Source: Verrucomicrobiales bacterium
Lineage (GTDB): Bacteria; Verrucomicrobiota; Verrucomicrobiia; Verrucomicrobiales; DEV007
NCBI GenBank assembly: GCA_040263955.1
Contig: JBDQJG010000001.1
Span: forward strand, 1-50,567
Length of the DNA: 50,567 bases
Reading direction: 5' to 3'
A model generated the notes under the pieces. The model had not been told where the DNA came from. It did no database searches and saw only the letters and a program-made list of their open reading frames with translations. Below are positions 46,146-50,567 of the stretch, piece by piece (the stretch's first letter is position 1; each line of letters starts with the position of its first letter). The position numbers and the translations under genes were made by a program.

Positions 46146-47198
46146 ATGAGAAACCTTCCCAACGAACTCCTCACACTTGCCGGGATCGCGGTAGCCATCG
46201 TCCTGCTGGTCATCGTCGTCATCGTCGTCTCCATGTTCTTCAAGACATGGCTGCGGGCCAAGCTCTCCAACGCCCCGGTCGCCTGGGGCACCCTGATCGG
46301 GATGTTCCTGCGGAAAGTCCCCTTCGGCCGCATCGTCGACGCCCGCATCACAGCCATCAAAGCGGGCCTTCCGTACAACGCCGAAGAACTCGAAGCCCAC
46401 TACCTGGCAGGGGGTGACGTCGAGGACGTCGTCCTCGCCCTGATCGCTGCAGACAAGGCCGGCATCCCCCTCGCCTTCGACCGCGCCTGTGCGATCGACC
46501 TCGCCGTCAAGGGTACCACCAAAACCGTCCTGGAAGCCGTTCGCACCTCCATCAATCCAAAAGTCATCGATTGCCCCGACTCCCATACAGGCGGCCCTAC
46601 CAAGATCACCGCTGTGGCCCGCGATGGCATCGCAGTGAATGTTCGCGCCCGCGTCACCGTTCGCACCGCGCTCGATTCCTTCATCGGAGGCGCCACCGAA
46701 GAAACCGTGATCGCCCGGGTCGGCGAAGGGATCGTCACCTCGGTCGGCTCGGCAGCCAGCTACAAAGCGGTTCTCGAAAATCCCGACTCGATTTCCAAGC
46801 TGGTGCTCTCCAAGGGAGTCGATGCTTCTACTGCCTTTGAGATCCTCTCCATCGACATCGCCGACGTCGACGTGGCAGATAACGTCGGCGCCCGACTTCA
46901 GACCGAGCAGGCCGAGGCCGACAAACGCGTCGCCCAAGCGAAGGCCGAGATGCGCCGGGCCGCCGCCGTGGCCGCCGAGCAGGAGATGACCGCCAGGACC
47001 CAGGAGATGCGCGCCAAGGTGGTCGAGGCCGAGGCGGAGATCCCGCAGGCCATCGCCGACGCCTTCCGCTCCGGCAACCTCGGTGTCATGGACTACACCC
47101 GCTACCGCAACGTCATTGCCGACACCGAAATGCGCTCTTCGATCGCCAGCGACGATGATACCGGAGCCGGCGAACAGGTTGATCAGCCGCGATCATGA
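46146..47198 (+). CDS. floA: Flotillin-like protein FloA (UPF0365/YqfA family).
   Basis: The ATG at 46146 gives the TM anchor [25 protein letters not shown]. It also has [23 protein letters not shown] and [27 protein letters not shown]. Confidence 0.85.
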   Translation: MRNLPNELLTLAGIAVAIVLLVIVVIVVSMFFKTWLRAKLSNAPVAWGTLIGMFLRKVPFGRIVDARITAIKAGLPYNAEELEAHYLAGGDVEDVVLALIAADKAGIPLAFDRACAIDLAVKGTTKTVLEAVRTSINPKVIDCPDSHTGGPTKITAVARDGIAVNVRARVTVRTALDSFIGGATEETVIARVGEGIVTSVGSAASYKAVLENPDSISKLVLSKGVDASTAFEILSIDIADVDVADNVGARLQTEQAEADKRVAQAKAEMRRAAAVAAEQEMTARTQEMRAKVVEAEAEIPQAIADAFRSGNLGVMDYTRYRNVIADTEMRSSIASDDDTGAGEQVDQPRS

Positions 47199-47809
47199 CC
47201 CAACTCCTGCCCAATCTCGCCAAGATCGACGTCGAGGTCATCACTGTCCTCGTCTTCCTGCTGGTTTCCCTCGCCAGCTGGCTCAAGGAGAAATTCTCGC
47301 AGCCCGGCGGAAAGAAAAAAAACCAGCTGAGCGCCAAAGAGGAGGCACTCCGGGAAGCCATCTGGCGACGTCAGATGGGAGAAGAAACAACGCCCATGCC
47401 CTGGGGTTCCGAGATCGAGGAGACCCCGCCGCCACCACCACGGGCAGTTGCCCGCGACAGCACCCCACCCCCGGTGCCGGTGCCGGTGCCACGGGCAGAG
47501 CAGACCGCCCGCGTCCCTGTTTCACCCCCGGTCATCGCCCGGCAATCGGCGGCGTCCCCGCCGCCGATTGCCTCTCCCTCCGCCATCGAGGAAGCCATGC
47601 GGGCCCCTCGCCCGGTGGTCTCCGCCAAGCAGGCCGCGCTGGCCCAGAGCTTCGAGCGCATAGCCCGCCCTGAAAACCGGCGCGGTGCCCGCAACAAGGC
47701 ATTAATCGCCATACTGCGGCGCCCCGAGTCCGCCCGCCAGGCCATCCTGCTGCAGGAGATCCTCGGCCCGCCCGTCGCCCTCCGCCAGGATCCCTCTCCG
47801 AGTCGATGA
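47195..47809 (+). CDS. Hypothetical single-pass, proline-rich protein.
   Basis: TM segment [16 protein letters not shown] followed by PPPPPRAV...[13 protein letters not shown] overlaps with floA (47195-98) and nfeD (47806-09). Confidence 0.45.
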   Translation: MTQLLPNLAKIDVEVITVLVFLLVSLASWLKEKFSQPGGKKKNQLSAKEEALREAIWRRQMGEETTPMPWGSEIEETPPPPPRAVARDSTPPPVPVPVPRAEQTARVPVSPPVIARQSAASPPPIASPSAIEEAMRAPRPVVSAKQAALAQSFERIARPENRRGARNKALIAILRRPESARQAILLQEILGPPVALRQDPSPSR

Positions 47810-49302
47810 AGCGTCCCGCACAGCCCTTGTTCTGCCACCTTGCCCGCGGCCTGCTCGCCTCTCTGTTGTTGCTGCTGCTCCCGCAACTGGCAGCGCAGGA
47901 GGCCCCACCGAGCGATGAGCTACTGGAGCGCCGCATACTCGGGCGCTCCGCCGAGGAAAGCCTGACCGGCAAGGTCGTGGTTATCCACGTCGGGCAGGAG
48001 GACCTGATCAACAAGCAGGCTTTTCGCTTCTGGAAGCGCACCATCGAGCGCGCAGACGAAGACGGCGCCCGCGCCATCGTGCTCGAGCTCGACACCCCCG
48101 GAGGTCTCGCCTTCGACACCCGCGACTTCATCACCGACCAACTCGCCAAGCTGCAGCTGCCGGTCATCTCGTGGGTCGAGCGCGAAGCCCTGAGCGCCGG
48201 TGCCCTCATCGCGTTCGCGACTGACCGCATCTACATGGCACCGGGGACCACCATCGGCTCCGCCGCCATCGTAAACAGCATGGGTCCGGCCATCGAGGAA
48301 CACATGCGAGCCAAGCTGGAAAGCTCGTTCACCGCCTCCATGCGTGCCATCGCCGAGGAAAAGGGTCACCGCTTCGACGTGCTGCGCGCCATGATGGTTA
48401 TCGACGAAGAGGAAGAGCGCAGCTTCGGGGAAGTCACCGTGCACAAAGGCGACCTGCTCAACCTGACCGCCAAGGAAGCTACCCAGGAGTTCGAAGGCAA
48501 GCCACTGCTGGCCGCCGGCATCGCCGGGAGCCTCGACGATGTGCTCGCCGCCGAGGGCCTCGATGACGCTGAACTCATCCGCCCTCAGCCCACCGGCTTC
48601 GAGCAGTTCGCGTGGTGGATCGCGGCGATTTCCCCGCTGCTCATCGCGGTCGGCGTCGGCGCCGCCTGGCTGGAAATCAAGGCACCCGGCTTCGGCCTCT
48701 TCGGCTTCACCTCGCTGGCCGTCTTCACCCTGTTCTTTTTCGGCAACAACCTGGCGGGCAACCTCGCCGGCTACGAACTGATGGCGCTGTTCCTGCTCGG
48801 TATCCTGCTTATCCTGCTGGAAATTTTCATTTTCCCGGGCCTCGTCGCCGGCATCATCGGTGCCATGCTGGTGATCGGCTCCCTGTGGTTCGCCATGGCC
48901 GACCGCGTCGATTTCGAGAGAGTCAACGTCTCAGGTGAATGGCTCGGCGCCATCGACGATCTGCTGCTGCGCCCCGGTGCCATGCTCGCTGCGGGCCTGC
49001 TTGGTGCTGTTTTCCTGTTGTATTTCCTCGGTCGCCACCTCGACAAGATTCCACTACTACGCAGTCTGGTCGCGGAAGAGAACCTTGCCCCCGGCCCCCC
49101 GTCGGAAGCCGATCAGCCGGGCCCGGCCGTCGACCTGACCGCCACCGCGCTTTCCGACCTGCGCCCGACCGGCACCATCCTCGTGGAGGGCCGCAAGCAC
49201 GACGCCATTTCCAGCCACGGCCTGATCCCCAAGGGCACCCGGGTCCGGGTTCTCGAAGAGGGCATGACCTACCGGGTCGAGCCGCTCGAAGAGGGCTCCT
49301 GA
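47806..49302 (+). CDS. NfeD-family membrane-bound ClpP-class protease-like protein.
   Basis: AIVLELDTPGGL is ClpP-like. It has central TM helices and a C-terminal OB-like domain (GTILVEGRKHDAISSHGLIPKGTRVRV). Confidence 0.8.
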   Translation: MKRPAQPLFCHLARGLLASLLLLLLPQLAAQEAPPSDELLERRILGRSAEESLTGKVVVIHVGQEDLINKQAFRFWKRTIERADEDGARAIVLELDTPGGLAFDTRDFITDQLAKLQLPVISWVEREALSAGALIAFATDRIYMAPGTTIGSAAIVNSMGPAIEEHMRAKLESSFTASMRAIAEEKGHRFDVLRAMMVIDEEEERSFGEVTVHKGDLLNLTAKEATQEFEGKPLLAAGIAGSLDDVLAAEGLDDAELIRPQPTGFEQFAWWIAAISPLLIAVGVGAAWLEIKAPGFGLFGFTSLAVFTLFFFGNNLAGNLAGYELMALFLLGILLILLEIFIFPGLVAGIIGAMLVIGSLWFAMADRVDFERVNVSGEWLGAIDDLLLRPGAMLAAGLLGAVFLLYFLGRHLDKIPLLRSLVAEENLAPGPPSEADQPGPAVDLTATALSDLRPTGTILVEGRKHDAISSHGLIPKGTRVRVLEEGMTYRVEPLEEGS

Positions 49303-50312
49303 GAAGGCGACCGCCCGAGCACACGATCGCGCAGGCGCCGCACCCGCTCGAGCAGCCGTTCCGCAGCTCCGAAGCCGAGCAACCGGTGCAGGCGCTCGTG
49401 GAAGGCCGGCTGGAAAGACGGCAACGAGCGGCCCGCCTTGCTCCAGGTCTCGATCGCTCCCAGTGCCTGCCCGCGCAGCCCATCGCGGTAACAGGTCATG
49501 GCTCCGAGGTAGAGCTTGTCGAGGATCGTCTCTTTCCACGGCTGATCGAGACCGCCGCCTTGCTTGAGGATATCCCGTGCCAGTTCCTCGCAAGCGGCCA
49601 GCCCCCAATTGCGCACCGTGCTGTTCTCCTTGCGGTAGCGAACTGCCAGCGAGCCATCGAAACAGCGCTTGTAGAGCACCGCGGGCTCAGCCTGGTAGCA
49701 GATCCGGACGTCGGGGGTGGTCAGGGCGATGCGCCCGAACAGGTGGAACTCCTCGCAGGTGCCGAGACGCGGGCAGAAGCCGCCCGCCTTGCGTATCAAC
49801 TCGGCCCGCACCAGGATCTCGTTGAAGGTCGGGCCGAACTTTTCCACCGTCTCGATCGGGTGGCCGGTTTCTACAGGTTCGCTGGCCGGCATCGGTGGCG
49901 TGGCACTTTTACCCGCGAAAAATTCGTCTGCCTTCTCGCCATTAAATCGCTCGATACTGCCCATGAGCAGATCGGCGCCGCTCGCCTCGAGCGCCTCCAC
50001 CTGGGTGCGGATCGCCCACGGCGGCAGCACGTCATCGTGATCGAGAAACTTGATCAACTCCCCGGTGGCAATACCCAGGCCGATGTTGCGGGCAATGTTC
50101 TGGCCGCCATTGAGCGCGGTGAAGACGTGGTGGGGCAGCGCCGCCTCAGCCAGCAACTTCCTGGCCAACGCCACCGTGTTGTCCGAGGATCCGTCGTCGA
50201 CTACCACCACCTCGATCGGCCGGTAGTCCTGGCCGACAACCGAAGCGATGGTGTCCTTCAAAAACCTCTCGGTATTGAAGGTCGGGATGATGACTGTGAC
50301 GGTGGTGGACAC
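49269..50312 (-). CDS. Family 2 glycosyltransferase.
   Basis: VTVIIPTFNTERFLKDTIASVVGQDYRPIEVVVVDDGSSDNT. It converges on nfeD and overlaps it by 34 nt. Confidence 0.8.
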   Translation of the reverse strand: MSTTVTVIIPTFNTERFLKDTIASVVGQDYRPIEVVVVDDGSSDNTVALARKLLAEAALPHHVFTALNGGQNIARNIGLGIATGELIKFLDHDDVLPPWAIRTQVEALEASGADLLMGSIERFNGEKADEFFAGKSATPPMPASEPVETGHPIETVEKFGPTFNEILVRAELIRKAGGFCPRLGTCEEFHLFGRIALTTPDVRICYQAEPAVLYKRCFDGSLAVRYRKENSTVRNWGLAACEELARDILKQGGGLDQPWKETILDKLYLGAMTCYRDGLRGQALGAIETWSKAGRSLPSFQPAFHERLHRLLGFGAAERLLERVRRLRDRVLGRSPSQEPSSSGSTR

Positions 50313-50528
50313 GGGGACGACGGAAAGCTGGAAGGCTGACGATCAGGGTGTGGATACCATTACCGGAAGCGGCCGGGCGTAAACCAATAAAAAATCCCAA
50401 GGTATTCACTTCCACAGTGCCGCACTCCGAGCAGCTTTTGCACGATTCGTTTTCGTATCATGGAAAACTTGCAATAATCAGCGAAACCAGATACTCCTAC
50501 AGGCTACCAAAACCCTTCTTCTCTTTCC

Positions 50529-50567
50529 ATGAGCACCACTACCGATTCCAAAAGCCACATTCCGGTC
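50529..50567 (+). CDS. Possible 5' end of an unidentified gene running off the window.
   Basis: ATG at 50529 followed by 13 open codons (MSTTTDSKSHIPV). Too short to assess. Confidence 0.2.
   Translation, partial: MSTTTDSKSHIPV

Noticed and set aside
48939-50339. A 466-aa + strand ORF spanning the nfeD 3' end and the glycosyltransferase gene.
   Set aside because: It runs out of frame or antisense relative to two well-supported genes, and its product is Arg/Pro-rich.
1-50567. A search of the intergenic regions for tRNA, rRNA, tmRNA, CRISPR arrays, transposases and phage genes.
   Set aside because: No GGTTCGAATCC-type T-arm or cloverleaf candidates, no spaced repeat arrays, and no transposase or phage structural motifs were seen. 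The only recombinase-like gene is the degenerate resolvase-fold protein.

Overview
High-GC window of about 50.6 kb. The gene content suggests a PVC-superphylum genome, probably Verrucomicrobiota or Planctomycetota: a PVC-type CxxCH heme-binding giant protein, an SHD1 plus DUF1570-like protein, and a GldAFG-like ABC system plus DUF4340. This taxonomic call is inference from gene families only. Most of the window is ordinary chromosomal backbone: nadB, mgtE, glnD, apt, a hemA-hemC-cobA/hemD cluster, pilT, mutS, floA/nfeD, an ECF sigma/anti-sigma pair, and SDR and MDR oxidoreductases. I found no rRNA, tRNA, CRISPR array, prophage or recognisable defence system. The parts the backbone does not explain are listed here. 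(1) Between mutS and an MDR oxidoreductase lies a 617-bp gene-less gap followed by an AT-richer islet (YtrA-like GntR regulator, 7-TM membrane protein, small lipoprotein). It carries a 39-nt imperfect direct repeat, an inverted partial copy, and a dense TGATACA operator array. (2) A resolvase-fold protein with apparently degenerate catalytic residues sits behind a 23% GC segment. (3) An AraC-flanked operon couples the unknown-function Tm-1-like pair (UPF0261 plus PEP-hydrolase-like TIM barrel) and a Dabb protein to a 1406-aa secreted heme protein through a GTGA overlap. (4) hemC has no stop at its natural end, and an A7-AGG-C motif lies inside the hemC/cobA overlap. (5) A deletion-like junction fuses an FAD-oxidoreductase fragment to a 5'-truncated sialate O-acetylesterase-like gene, which runs off the window and is missing from the ORF track. 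None of these is proven novel biology. All functional calls come from motif recognition by eye, without database searches.
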